NCBI GenBank assembly: GCA_041649675.1
Contig: JBAZMQ010000001.1
Span: 253-64,252, forward strand
From: Patescibacteria group bacterium
GTDB taxonomy: Bacteria > Patescibacteriota > Patescibacteriia > Buchananbacterales > UBA6539
DNA: 64,000 bases
Direction: 5' to 3'
Program-made: the position numbers and the translations under genes
Notes under the pieces: model-generated
The model's input: the letters and a program-made list of their open reading frames with translations, nothing else
What the model was told of the DNA's origin: nothing
Database searches by the model: none
Shown: positions 46,017-55,025 of the stretch, piece after piece
How positions within the stretch are numbered: the first letter of the stretch is position 1
Layout of the letters: every line of letters begins with the position of its first letter

Positions 46017-47180
46017 TTGTTTTTGTTAACCAATATGATTTTATTAATTAATACATCAGATGCTAGCGAAGTGATAATTGGTTTAACTAAGGCCGGCAAG
46101 ATGGTGGCCAAAAAGCAATTTAAAGCGCCTTACCGTCAGGCCGAAATTTTATTAGCAAAAATTGATGATTTGTTAGTGTTGGCTAAATGCGAGCTTAGAC
46201 AATTAAAGGGAATTGCCGTTGTCAGTGGTCCCGGACCATTTACCGCTTTAAGGATAGGAATTGCGACGGCCAATACCTTGGCTTGGGCTTTGAAAATCCC
46301 AATTGTTGGGATAAAGCTTAAGGAATTTAAAGACTTGAACGAGCTGGTAGAGGTTATTACTAAAAAAATGAAAAAGGCTAAGCTTGATAGTATTGTGCCG
46401 CCTTTTTATGGCAAAGAACCTAATATTACGATGAAAAAAATTGCCATGCTCGTTGGAATTTTCATTTTATTTTTGCCTGCCTTGGCTTTTGCCGCTGATA
46501 ATGCCAATATTGATTCTGACTCTGACGGTTTAACTGACTTTAAAGAAATAAATATTTATCATACTGACCCTAATAATGCCGATACTGATGGTGATGGGTT
46601 TGCCGATAATCAGGAATTAATCAATGGTTATTCACCGCTTTACAAAGACAAAAGATTGGTTGACACTGATTCTGACGGTGATGGTTTGAATGACGGCTAT
46701 GAATTAGCTTTGCATACTGATTTAAAAAATTCTGACAGTAATAGTAATAGTGTTTCTGACGGTGAAGAATTCAAACAAGGTTTAGACCCAAGCAAACCAG
46801 ATAAAGTGAAATTAGAAAAATGGCTTGATGTTAATTTAACTGCCCAGCGCCTAAATTATTATTTAGGCCCAGTTAGACTTAATGTATTTACCGTTTCAAC
46901 TGGCAAGGCTTTAACTCCAACTCCGGTTGGCACTTTCAAAATAACTGCTAAGCGGCCAAAAGCTTGGTCAAGGCTGGCTGGCCTTTGGATGCCTTACTGG
47001 ATGCAGTTTGACGGGGCTAATGCTCTTCATGAATTGCCCGAATGGCCAAATGGTACCAAAGAAGGAACAAACCATTTAGGTACCCCAGTTTCTCATGGCT
47101 GTATTCGGTTAGGTATTGGGCCAGCAAAATTCATTTACGATTGGGCACCAGTTGGAACTAAATTGGTAATTCATAAATAG
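46017..47180 (+). CDS. continuous ORF: TsaB(YeaZ)-like N-terminal domain read in frame into a signal-peptide L,D-transpeptidase (YkuD) protein
   Basis: N-terminal 135 aa (MILLINTSDASEVIIGL...GPGPFTALRIGIATA) matches the TsaB N-domain. Then MKKIAMLVGIFILFLPALAFA signal peptide, DxDxDG calcium-binding repeats and a C-terminal YkuD domain (HGCIRL). No stop codon between the two parts. Confidence 0.45.
   Translation: MFLLTNMILLINTSDASEVIIGLTKAGKMVAKKQFKAPYRQAEILLAKIDDLLVLAKCELRQLKGIAVVSGPGPFTALRIGIATANTLAWALKIPIVGIKLKEFKDLNELVEVITKKMKKAKLDSIVPPFYGKEPNITMKKIAMLVGIFILFLPALAFAADNANIDSDSDGLTDFKEINIYHTDPNNADTDGDGFADNQELINGYSPLYKDKRLVDTDSDGDGLNDGYELALHTDLKNSDSNSNSVSDGEEFKQGLDPSKPDKVKLEKWLDVNLTAQRLNYYLGPVRLNVFTVSTGKALTPTPVGTFKITAKRPKAWSRLAGLWMPYWMQFDGANALHELPEWPNGTKEGTNHLGTPVSHGCIRLGIGPAKFIYDWAPVGTKLVIHK
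46431..47180 (+). CDS. secreted L,D-transpeptidase (YkuD domain) with thrombospondin-type-3-like Ca-binding repeats (alternative internal start)
   Basis: ATG at 46431 begins a canonical signal peptide; catalytic SHGCIRL motif near the C-terminus. Confidence 0.5.
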   Translation: MKKIAMLVGIFILFLPALAFAADNANIDSDSDGLTDFKEINIYHTDPNNADTDGDGFADNQELINGYSPLYKDKRLVDTDSDGDGLNDGYELALHTDLKNSDSNSNSVSDGEEFKQGLDPSKPDKVKLEKWLDVNLTAQRLNYYLGPVRLNVFTVSTGKALTPTPVGTFKITAKRPKAWSRLAGLWMPYWMQFDGANALHELPEWPNGTKEGTNHLGTPVSHGCIRLGIGPAKFIYDWAPVGTKLVIHK

Positions 47181-47184
47181 TAGC

Positions 47185-47655
47185 ATGCCACTTCAATTTA
47201 AGTTAATTACGACGTTGTGTTATATTGTTAATGACCAAGCAGAAGTTTTATTGATTAAAAAGAAGAGGGGATTTGGAGTTGGCAAATGGAATGGGCCGGG
47301 CGGTAAGGTGAAAATTGATGAAAAGCCGCTTGAGTCAATGATTCGCGAGATCAAAGAGGAAACTGGATTAACTGTTAAAAACTCCAAAGAGCTGGGATTT
47401 ATTGAATATATTTGGCCAGTCAGTTTAAAAAGTTGGAGTACTCGTTGTTATGTTTATTTTTGCCAAGAGTTTGAGGGCGAACCTAAAGAATCAGAGGAGG
47501 GTGTACCAAAATGGTTTAAATTCTCTGAAATTCCTTATGCACAGATGTGGGATGATGACCAGTATTGGTATCCTCAGGTACTTTTAGGCCAGCCAATCAA
47601 AAAAAGATTTTATTTTAATGAAAAAGAAAAAGTAATTAAGCAGGAAGATATCTAA
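47185..47655 (+). CDS. NUDIX hydrolase
   Basis: Nudix box GGKVKIDEKPLESMIREIKEETGL. Confidence 0.85.
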   Translation: MPLQFKLITTLCYIVNDQAEVLLIKKKRGFGVGKWNGPGGKVKIDEKPLESMIREIKEETGLTVKNSKELGFIEYIWPVSLKSWSTRCYVYFCQEFEGEPKESEEGVPKWFKFSEIPYAQMWDDDQYWYPQVLLGQPIKKRFYFNEKEKVIKQEDI

Positions 47656-47659
47656 TTTT

Positions 47660-48034
47660 ATGATTGATAAAAAAATATTACTGGTTGAAGATGATCGTGA
47701 CCTTTTGTTTTTGATGAATAAAAAATTAGCCGACGAAGGTTTTAAGGTTATTAAAGCGGAAACCGGCCAAGAAGCTTTAGATATTTTAGAAAAAGAAAAA
47801 CCAGATTTGGTTTTACTTGATATTTTATTGCCAGACATTGATGGGTTAACAATTTTAAATGAAATCGCTAGTCATGCGGAAACTAAAGATATTCCGGTTA
47901 TTATCTTAAGCAATTTGGCTGATCAAGGTTCTTTTGAACAGGCAGCGGCCGTAGGCAACTATGAATACTTAGTCAAAGCAAAAACCGATTTAAGCGAAGT
48001 AGTGTTAAGAGTAAAAAAGAAATTGGGGATTTAA
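47660..48034 (+). CDS. single-domain response regulator (REC/CheY-like)
   Basis: ILLVEDDRDL, DLVLLDILLPDIDG, ILSNL, K near the C-terminus; 124 aa. Confidence 0.8.
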   Translation: MIDKKILLVEDDRDLLFLMNKKLADEGFKVIKAETGQEALDILEKEKPDLVLLDILLPDIDGLTILNEIASHAETKDIPVIILSNLADQGSFEQAAAVGNYEYLVKAKTDLSEVVLRVKKKLGI

Positions 48035-48103
48035 GGGGTAATTTTTGATTTATCCACAGACTTTAATTGAATATTGACAAAACTAGCAAATTTTATTCAA
48101 AAA

Positions 48104-48128
48104 GTGGCCGAAAAGGCCATTTTTTTAT
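48104..48128 (+). terminator. rho-independent terminator
   Basis: tggcc-gaaaa-ggcca followed by tttttttatt. Confidence 0.5.
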
Positions 48129-48241
48129 TGGGCTGTGAAGTGGTTGACCCGCCCACCTTTTAAATTTTTGCAATATAATTACATTAAAATTTACAAATAT
48201 TTTGTTATTTTAGCGATTTTAATCGTTAGAAGGTGGGTGGG

Positions 48242-48270
48242 TTGACAGTGGTGGTCTTGTGGTGTAAAAT
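48242..48270 (+). promoter_or_regulatory. consensus sigma70-like promoter of the mraZ (dcw) operon, TTGACA-17-TAAAAT
   Basis: ttgaca 48242-48247, 17-nt spacer, taaaat 48265-48270. Confidence 0.55.
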
Positions 48271-48276
48271 GGAATT

Positions 48277-48325
48277 ATAGTGGTGGAAAGTGGATGAAAG
48301 TGGGGATAACTAGGAATTAGGGTGG
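48277..48325 (+). promoter_or_regulatory. putative MraZ operator: direct repeats of (A/T)AGTGG at 10-nt spacing
   Basis: atagtgg / aaagtgg / aaagtgg at about 48277, 48287, 48297, then ggtgg at 48321, immediately downstream of the -10. Further GTGG-rich repeats lie upstream (48231-48262). Confidence 0.45.
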
Positions 48326-48440
48326 ATAAGCCTGATTAAGAGCCAAAAGCCAAAAAATCAAAACTAAAAACCAAAAACAAAGAAAAAACTAATAAATTTA
48401 ACTAATCTTATTAAAATCAGTCAGAGCTAGTTTAAGATTT

Positions 48441-48872
48441 ATGTTTATTGGAGAATACCAACACAACATTGACCAAAAGGGCCGCTTAGCCGTACCCGCC
48501 AAGTTTCGTCAGCAGTTGTCCAAAGGGGCAGTAGTGACTAAAGGTTTAGACGACTGTCTTTTTTTGTACCCAAAAAACGAATGGCAAAAACTAGCCGGTA
48601 AATTGGCGGCTTTGCCGATTTCCAAAGCCAATACCCGGGCATTCTCCCGTTTAATGTTGGCTGGCGCCATGGACGTAGAAATTGATAAACAAGGCCGAAT
48701 GTTAATTCCCGACTACCTTAGGCAGTATGCAGCGATGTCTAAAGAAGTGGTTATCACCGGTTTATATAATCGTTTGGAAATTTGGGATAAGCAGAAATGG
48801 GATAAATATAAGCAAGGAACGGAATCCAAGAGTGGTGATATCGCCGAAGCTTTGGGTGAATTAGGAGTTTAA
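48441..48872 (+). CDS. mraZ: transcriptional regulator MraZ
   Basis: MFIGEYQHNIDQKGRLAVPAKFR; two MraZ/SpoVT-AbrB repeats; 143 aa. Confidence 0.93.
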   Translation: MFIGEYQHNIDQKGRLAVPAKFRQQLSKGAVVTKGLDDCLFLYPKNEWQKLAGKLAALPISKANTRAFSRLMLAGAMDVEIDKQGRMLIPDYLRQYAAMSKEVVITGLYNRLEIWDKQKWDKYKQGTESKSGDIAEALGELGV

Positions 48873-48881
48873 TTTTACAAT

Positions 48882-49820
48882 ATGAAAAATTTTCACCAGC
48901 CGGTGATGCTTGAACAAGTCATTCATTATTTGCAGCCAAAAGCTGGTAACAATTTTATTGATTGCACCTTAGGGGGTGGCGGCCACGCTGAAGAAATTTT
49001 AAAAAGGACAGCGCCAAGTGGTAAAGTTCTGGGTATTGATTTAGACCCGTTGGCAATTCAAAATGCCCAAACCGTGGCTAAAAATTATAAAAATAGATTA
49101 ATCATTGTTCAAAATAATTTTAAAAAACTAAAACAAATAGCAAATGATTTCCAGTTTAATAAAGTTAACGGCATCTTACTTGACCTTGGCTTATCCAGTG
49201 GTCAGCTCCAAGATCACAGTCGGGGATTTTCTTTTTTGGCGCAAGGTTCGCTAGATATGCGTTTTGGCAATCAGTTAGAGCTAACAGCCAAAGAAATTTT
49301 AAACACTTATAATCAAAAGCAGCTAATTGAAATATTCAAAAATTTTGGTGAGGAAAAATTAGCCAAACCGATTACTGACAAAATTATTGCTTTTAGGAAA
49401 GAAAAACCAATTACTAAGCCAAGCGAACTAGTTGAAATCGTTGCTGATATTTACAAAAGATTTTATCGGCTTAAGTCAAAGATTAATCCGGCCACTAAAA
49501 TTTTTCAAGCTTTAAGGATTGAAGTGAATCAAGAATTACAAAATTTGACTGAAGTTTTACCTCAAGCCATAAGTTTATTGGCCAAGGGCGGCCGACTGGT
49601 TGTTATTAGTTATCATTCTTTGGAAGATCGGATTGTTAAGGGACTATTTCAGCAAGAAAGCCGTGACTGTATTTGCCCAGTGACAATGCCCCTTTGTCAA
49701 TGTGATCACAAAAAAACCTTAAAAATTATTACCAAAAAACCTGTTGTAACGACTGAATCAGAAGTATTAGAAAATCCCAGAGCCCGAAGCGCCAAAATAA
49801 GAGTCGCTGAAAAAATTTAA
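48882..49820 (+). CDS. rsmH: 16S rRNA (cytosine1402-N4)-methyltransferase RsmH
   Basis: FIDCTLGGGGHAEEIL and RsmH C-terminal motifs; 312 aa. Confidence 0.93.
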   Translation: MKNFHQPVMLEQVIHYLQPKAGNNFIDCTLGGGGHAEEILKRTAPSGKVLGIDLDPLAIQNAQTVAKNYKNRLIIVQNNFKKLKQIANDFQFNKVNGILLDLGLSSGQLQDHSRGFSFLAQGSLDMRFGNQLELTAKEILNTYNQKQLIEIFKNFGEEKLAKPITDKIIAFRKEKPITKPSELVEIVADIYKRFYRLKSKINPATKIFQALRIEVNQELQNLTEVLPQAISLLAKGGRLVVISYHSLEDRIVKGLFQQESRDCICPVTMPLCQCDHKKTLKIITKKPVVTTESEVLENPRARSAKIRVAEKI

Positions 49821-49872
49821 AATAAAAATAAAAATTTAAAATTCTCGACAGTTTCGAGAGCAAAACAAAAAT

Positions 49873-50226
49873 ATGACTAAATTTTCCCATCTGGCCAAAC
49901 CAACGATGAAAAATTATTCAGCCCAAAAAAAATTATCAGGGTTTAAATTAAGTTTTCCTTTGATTAATGGTATAGTGGCAGTTTGTTGCATTGTCTTTTT
50001 TGTCACTTATTTAATTCAAGTTAACAGTTTGGCAACAAAAGGTTACCAAATAAAAGAGCTAGAAAAAAAGATTAGTGATTTAGAACAGCAGAAAGCTGAT
50101 CTAGATTTGCAGACTTTGAGTTTACAGTCAGTTGGCGCATTAAAGGATAAAGTGGGTTCTTTAGGGATGGTGGCAGTCGGTAAAACTGATTATTTAGCCG
50201 ATAAACCAGTGGCTTTGGCCCAATAA
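49873..50226 (+). CDS. ftsL: FtsL-like cell division protein (single TM plus coiled coil)
   Basis: 117 aa, N-terminal TM then coiled-coil; position between rsmH and ftsI. Confidence 0.55.
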   Translation: MTKFSHLAKPTMKNYSAQKKLSGFKLSFPLINGIVAVCCIVFFVTYLIQVNSLATKGYQIKELEKKISDLEQQKADLDLQTLSLQSVGALKDKVGSLGMVAVGKTDYLADKPVALAQ

Positions 50227-50310
50227 TTTATTTTGAAATCTCTTTTAATATCAATCAATTAACCCCGTTTAGTCCTCACGGGGTTTAATTGAAAAAGAAA
50301 CTTTTTAATC

Positions 50311-52050
50311 ATGGCATTCTACTCACCAAAAAAAATAGAGCCGGCAAAAAGTAATTTGAATATTAGAATGATATTTTTGCTGCTGGTTATTTTTTTTGTT
50401 GGTGTAGTAATTATTTTTCGGTTATTTAGCTTGCAAATATTGCAGCATTCTTTTTATAATACCTTAGCTTCGCAAGAGCATGAAACTTACAAAGATTTGC
50501 TGGCGGAAAGAGGCTCAATTTATACTAAAGAAAAAGATCAGTTATATCCTTTGGTCACTAACCGCGGCTATTATTTAATTTATGCTGAACCAATCAGAAT
50601 TGAAAAACCTAATGAGGTAACTAATGCCATTGCATCAATATTAAATTTTACTGATTCTGAAAAGCAGGAGTTACTTGCTCGGCTAAGTAAAACTAATGAT
50701 GTCTATGAACCGATTAAACATAAAATTACTTTGGCCCAAGTTGATCAAATTAAGAATTTAAAATTAGCGGGCATTGGTTTTGCACCAGAAAGTTATCGTT
50801 TTTATCCGGAAAAGGGCATTGGTGGACATGTTTTTGGGTTTATTGGTTTTAAAGATGACAAAAAAGTTGGCGAGTATGGTTTGGAAGGCTATTTTGATCA
50901 GGAGTTATCCGGTCAGCCGGGTTTGATTAAAGCGGCTAAAGACGCTTTGGGCTCAATTATCACTGTTGGTCAGCGATCAGTCAAAAAAGCCGAAAATGGC
51001 TCGGACTTAGTTTTAACCATTGACCGGCAAATTCAATTCGTGGCTTGCCAGAAGCTAAAAGAATTTGCCGATAAATTCAAAGCCGATGGCGGTAGCGTTG
51101 TGATTATGGCGCCAACTGGTGAAATATTAGCTATGTGTGGTTTGCCGGATTTTGATCCTGACAATTATCAAGACACTGAAGATATTAACGCTTTTAACAA
51201 CCCAGTAATTTTTTCAGCTTACGAGCCGGGCTCAGTTTTTAAAGGTATTACCATGGCAGCCGGTTTAGATTCGGGTGCGGTTGATATCAATACCACCTAT
51301 GAAGATACCGGTGAAGTTAAAATTGGCGGATTTACAATTAAAAATTCTGACTTGAAAGCGCACGGTAAAACGACGATGGTTGGGATTTTGGAAAAATCTT
51401 TAAATACAGGCGCAATTTTTGTTGAGCAGAAAGTTGGTAAAACAACTTTTGAAAATTATGTCAGGAATTTTGGCTTCGGAAAGCTGACTGGTATAACTTT
51501 AGAAAAGGAAGTGCCGGGTGATCTTTCTGCCTTAAGCAAGCCAGGTGAAATTTACGGCATGACCGCTTCGTATGGCCAAGGAATCATGGTAACGCCAATC
51601 CAATTAGTAGCCGCTTATGGTGCAATTGCCAATCAGGGCAAATTATATAAACCATACATTGTTTCAGAAATTATAAATCCTAATGGCCAAAAACAAACAT
51701 TTGGCCCTCAATCGGTCAGGCAAGTAATTTCACCCAAGGCCGCTTCATTGCTGACAGGAATGCTAACTTCGGTGGTTGAACATGGTTATGGCCAGTTAGC
51801 TGGTAATAAAGGCTACTATTTTGCCGGTAAGACCGGAACGGCTCAAGTGGCTTCGCCTGGCGGTGGTTATGGCAGTAAAACCAACCATACTTTTGTCGGG
51901 TTTGGCCCAATTTCTAAGCCAGCTTTCATTATGGTCACTGTCCTTAATAATCCCAAAGGCGTTAAGTTTGCCGAAAGTAGCGCTACGCCACTTTTTGGTC
52001 AGATTGCCCAATTTTTGTTAAACTATTATCAGATTAAGCCAGATTATTAA
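50311..52050 (+). CDS. ftsI: penicillin-binding protein 2 / FtsI (class B PBP transpeptidase)
   Basis: N-terminal TM, PBP dimerisation domain, SVFK (SxxK), SLN (SxN) and KTGTAQ (KTG) motifs; 579 aa. Confidence 0.9.
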   Translation: MAFYSPKKIEPAKSNLNIRMIFLLLVIFFVGVVIIFRLFSLQILQHSFYNTLASQEHETYKDLLAERGSIYTKEKDQLYPLVTNRGYYLIYAEPIRIEKPNEVTNAIASILNFTDSEKQELLARLSKTNDVYEPIKHKITLAQVDQIKNLKLAGIGFAPESYRFYPEKGIGGHVFGFIGFKDDKKVGEYGLEGYFDQELSGQPGLIKAAKDALGSIITVGQRSVKKAENGSDLVLTIDRQIQFVACQKLKEFADKFKADGGSVVIMAPTGEILAMCGLPDFDPDNYQDTEDINAFNNPVIFSAYEPGSVFKGITMAAGLDSGAVDINTTYEDTGEVKIGGFTIKNSDLKAHGKTTMVGILEKSLNTGAIFVEQKVGKTTFENYVRNFGFGKLTGITLEKEVPGDLSALSKPGEIYGMTASYGQGIMVTPIQLVAAYGAIANQGKLYKPYIVSEIINPNGQKQTFGPQSVRQVISPKAASLLTGMLTSVVEHGYGQLAGNKGYYFAGKTGTAQVASPGGGYGSKTNHTFVGFGPISKPAFIMVTVLNNPKGVKFAESSATPLFGQIAQFLLNYYQIKPDY

Positions 52051-52128
52051 GAATTAAGAATTTAGAATTACGAATTATGTTTGACTCTTAATTCTAAATT
52101 CATAATTCTTAATTCATAATCTCAATTC
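52051..52128. repeat. AT-rich inverted repeat family B, copy 3
   Basis: gaattaagaatttagaattacgaatt...aattcataattcttaattcataat. Confidence 0.45.
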
Positions 52129-53433
52129 ATGAAAAATCAGCTAAAAAAAATATTAGAAAAAACTCTCCGGGTTTTTGCAATTAAGATTTTAAAAAAATAT
52201 CAGCCAGAAATCGTAGCCATTACTGGTAGTGTTGGCAAAACTTCAACCAAAGAGGCAATCTTTACCGTTTTGTCCTCATCTTTTAATGTTAGACAAAATA
52301 TAAAAAATTATAATAACGAGATTGGCATTCCCTTAACAATTATCAACAGTCAGGCAGCGGGTAAATCAATCATTGGCTGGCTGGCAGTTTTTTTAAAAGC
52401 AATAAAATTGATAATTAGTACTGACAAAAATTATCCAAAAATATTAATTTTAGAAATGGGCGCTGACCATGCAGGTGATATTAAATATTTAACTAAATTC
52501 ATTCCCGTTAAAGTTGGCGTGATTACGGCTGTGGCGCCGGTCCATTTAGAATATTTTAAAACCCTTGAAGAAGTGGCCAAAGAGAAAAGCAATTTAATTA
52601 AATCATTATCAAAATCTGGTTGGGCGGTTTTGAATTACGATGACAAGTTAGTCAATGAAATGAAAAAGAATACGGCGGCTTTGGTTGTTTCTTTTGGTTT
52701 AATTCCGCAAGCTGACATCTTTGCCAGTGAAATTGCCATTAGCCATGATGTTGATTATAAAGACGTAACAACGATTCAGGGGATTAGTTTTAAATTGAAT
52801 TATAAAGGCAATGTCGTGCCAATACTTTTACCCCAGGTTTTGGGGCAGCACTTAGTTTATTCAGCCTTGGCGGCAATTGCCGTTGGCATTATTTATAAAA
52901 TCAATTTGCACAAGATTATTGAAAGCCTAAAGACTTACCAGCCGCCAAAAGGTCGGATGCATATTATACCTGGTATTAAACACACTTTGATTATTGATGA
53001 TAGTTATAATTCATCACCTTTAGCTGCCCAAAAAGCGCTGCATCAGCTTGGACAAATTAATTTAGATAAACATCATAAGAAATATGCTGTCCTGGGTGAT
53101 ATGCTGGAACTGGGCAGTTATACGGAGCAAGCACATCAAGAAGTGGGTCAGGCAGTTTATAATTACGGGGTTGACTACTTAGTCACGGTTGGCGAAGTTT
53201 CGCGCGATATGGTTCGCGGTGCGATTGCCGCTGGCATGAACAAAGATCACTGTTTTAATTTCAAAAATAGCGCTGAAGCTGGATTATTTTTGCAGCAGCG
53301 CATTGAACAAGGAGATTTGATTTTAGTTAAAGGTTCTCAAGGAACCAGGATGGAAAAAGTGGTTAAGGAATTAATGGCTGAACCACAAAAAGCTGAAGAG
53401 TTACTGGTCAGACAGGGCAAAGAGTGGCAGTAA
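52129..53433 (+). CDS. murF: UDP-N-acetylmuramoyl-tripeptide--D-alanyl-D-alanine ligase
   Basis: ITGSVGKTSTKE P-loop and NYNNEIGIPLT motif characteristic of MurF; 434 aa. MurE cannot be fully excluded. Confidence 0.8.
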   Translation: MKNQLKKILEKTLRVFAIKILKKYQPEIVAITGSVGKTSTKEAIFTVLSSSFNVRQNIKNYNNEIGIPLTIINSQAAGKSIIGWLAVFLKAIKLIISTDKNYPKILILEMGADHAGDIKYLTKFIPVKVGVITAVAPVHLEYFKTLEEVAKEKSNLIKSLSKSGWAVLNYDDKLVNEMKKNTAALVVSFGLIPQADIFASEIAISHDVDYKDVTTIQGISFKLNYKGNVVPILLPQVLGQHLVYSALAAIAVGIIYKINLHKIIESLKTYQPPKGRMHIIPGIKHTLIIDDSYNSSPLAAQKALHQLGQINLDKHHKKYAVLGDMLELGSYTEQAHQEVGQAVYNYGVDYLVTVGEVSRDMVRGAIAAGMNKDHCFNFKNSAEAGLFLQQRIEQGDLILVKGSQGTRMEKVVKELMAEPQKAEELLVRQGKEWQ

Positions 53434-53507
53434 ATAAGCAAGATAAGCAAGACAAGAAGAAGGTGGTAAGCCTTCTCTTTTTGGTATTTTTTTGCTAAAA
53501 TTAACCT

Positions 53508-54929
53508 ATGGAAAAACTTTTTTTGTATAATACTCTAGCGCGGAAAAAAGAGGAATTTAAGCCACTTAAAGATAAAGTGGTGACTTTTTATCAGTGCGGG
53601 CCAACGGTTTACTGGACCCAGCATATCGGTAATTTGCGGGCCATGGTGATGGCCGATTTGATTGAAAGGTCATTGGAATATTTAGGCTACAAAGTTAAAT
53701 TTGTTAGGAATTATACTGATGTTGGCCATTTAACTTCGGACGAGGACGAAGGTGAAGATAAAATTGAAAAAGGCGCTAAGCGTGAAGGACTTAAGCCTTT
53801 TGAGATTGCCAAAAAATATATTAAAATTTTTGAACAAGACGTTAAAGCTTTAGCTGTTTTGGAACCTTGGAAAAAACCAAAGGCAACTGAGTATATCTCA
53901 GAAATGCAAAAAATGGTCAAAGAGTTATTAGTCAAAGGTTATGCTTACGCAACTGACTTGGCGATTTATTTTGACGTGACTAAAGCCAAGGATTATACAA
54001 AACTTTCCGGTCAGGATTTAGAAAAAAACATCACTGACGCGGGTAAAGGTGAAATTAGTGATATAAATAAAAAACATCCAGCTGATTTCGCTTTGTGGTT
54101 TTTCAAAGCTGGGGTTCACCAAAATGCTTTGCAAACCTGGCCCAGTCCTTTTGAGTCAAAGTTGGTCGCTAAGGGTCAGGGTTTTCCGGGTTGGCATATT
54201 GAATGTTCGGCCATGGCCAAAAAATTATTAGGCGATACGCTTGATCTTCACATGGGCGGAGTTGAACATATTCCGGTGCACCATACCAATGAAATTGCCC
54301 AGTCCGAAGCGGCCAATGGGGTCAAATTCGTCAATTATTGGCTCCATAACGAGCATTTAACCGTTGATGGGGGCAAGATGGCCAAATCAGCCGGCACCAG
54401 CTATTCTTTGCAAGATATTAAAGACAAAGGTTTTGACCCAATGGCTTTGCGTTATTTATTTTTGCAGGCACATTATCGCTCCAAGCAAAATTTTACTTGG
54501 AAATCTTTAGCTGCCGCCCAAATCTCATTAAATGGTATACGAGATAGAATTTTAGATTATAAAAAAAGAAATGAGCAGGGAAAAATTAATGATGAATTTA
54601 GGGATAAATTTACGGAAGCATTAAAAGATGATTTTAATGTTCCTAAAGCATTAGCCATTACTTGGGATCTTTTAAAATCTGGTTTGGGTAATAATGATAA
54701 GCTTGCTACCTTTTTAGATTTTAATGAAGTTCTGGGTTTAAAAGTAGATTTAGGTAAAAATAAGGAGATAAAGATTCCTGAAAAAGTAATTGATTTGGCG
54801 GAAAAAAGATTGCAAGCCAGGGTGGCCAAAGATTGGCAGAAATCCGATGAAATTAGAAAGGAGATTGAAGCCCAAGGTTATTTAGTTGAGGATACTAAAG
54901 ACGGATATATTGTTAAGGATAAGAAATAA
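53508..54929 (+). CDS. cysS: cysteine--tRNA ligase
   Basis: LYNTLARKKEEFKP...YQCGPTVY..HIGN (HIGH) and KMAKSAGT (KMSKS); 473 aa. Confidence 0.93.
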   Translation: MEKLFLYNTLARKKEEFKPLKDKVVTFYQCGPTVYWTQHIGNLRAMVMADLIERSLEYLGYKVKFVRNYTDVGHLTSDEDEGEDKIEKGAKREGLKPFEIAKKYIKIFEQDVKALAVLEPWKKPKATEYISEMQKMVKELLVKGYAYATDLAIYFDVTKAKDYTKLSGQDLEKNITDAGKGEISDINKKHPADFALWFFKAGVHQNALQTWPSPFESKLVAKGQGFPGWHIECSAMAKKLLGDTLDLHMGGVEHIPVHHTNEIAQSEAANGVKFVNYWLHNEHLTVDGGKMAKSAGTSYSLQDIKDKGFDPMALRYLFLQAHYRSKQNFTWKSLAAAQISLNGIRDRILDYKKRNEQGKINDEFRDKFTEALKDDFNVPKALAITWDLLKSGLGNNDKLATFLDFNEVLGLKVDLGKNKEIKIPEKVIDLAEKRLQARVAKDWQKSDEIRKEIEAQGYLVEDTKDGYIVKDKK

Positions 54930-55025
54930 TTGAATTAGAAATTATGAATTAGGGATAAATAAAATTCTTAATTCCTAATTCTTAATTCCTAATTCTTAGT
55001 TCATAATTCTTAATTCCTAAGATAA
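54930..55025. repeat. AT-rich repeat family B, copy 4 (tandem ATTCTTAATTCCTA units)
   Basis: aattcttaattcctaattcttaattcctaattcttagttcataattcttaattcctaag. Confidence 0.45.
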
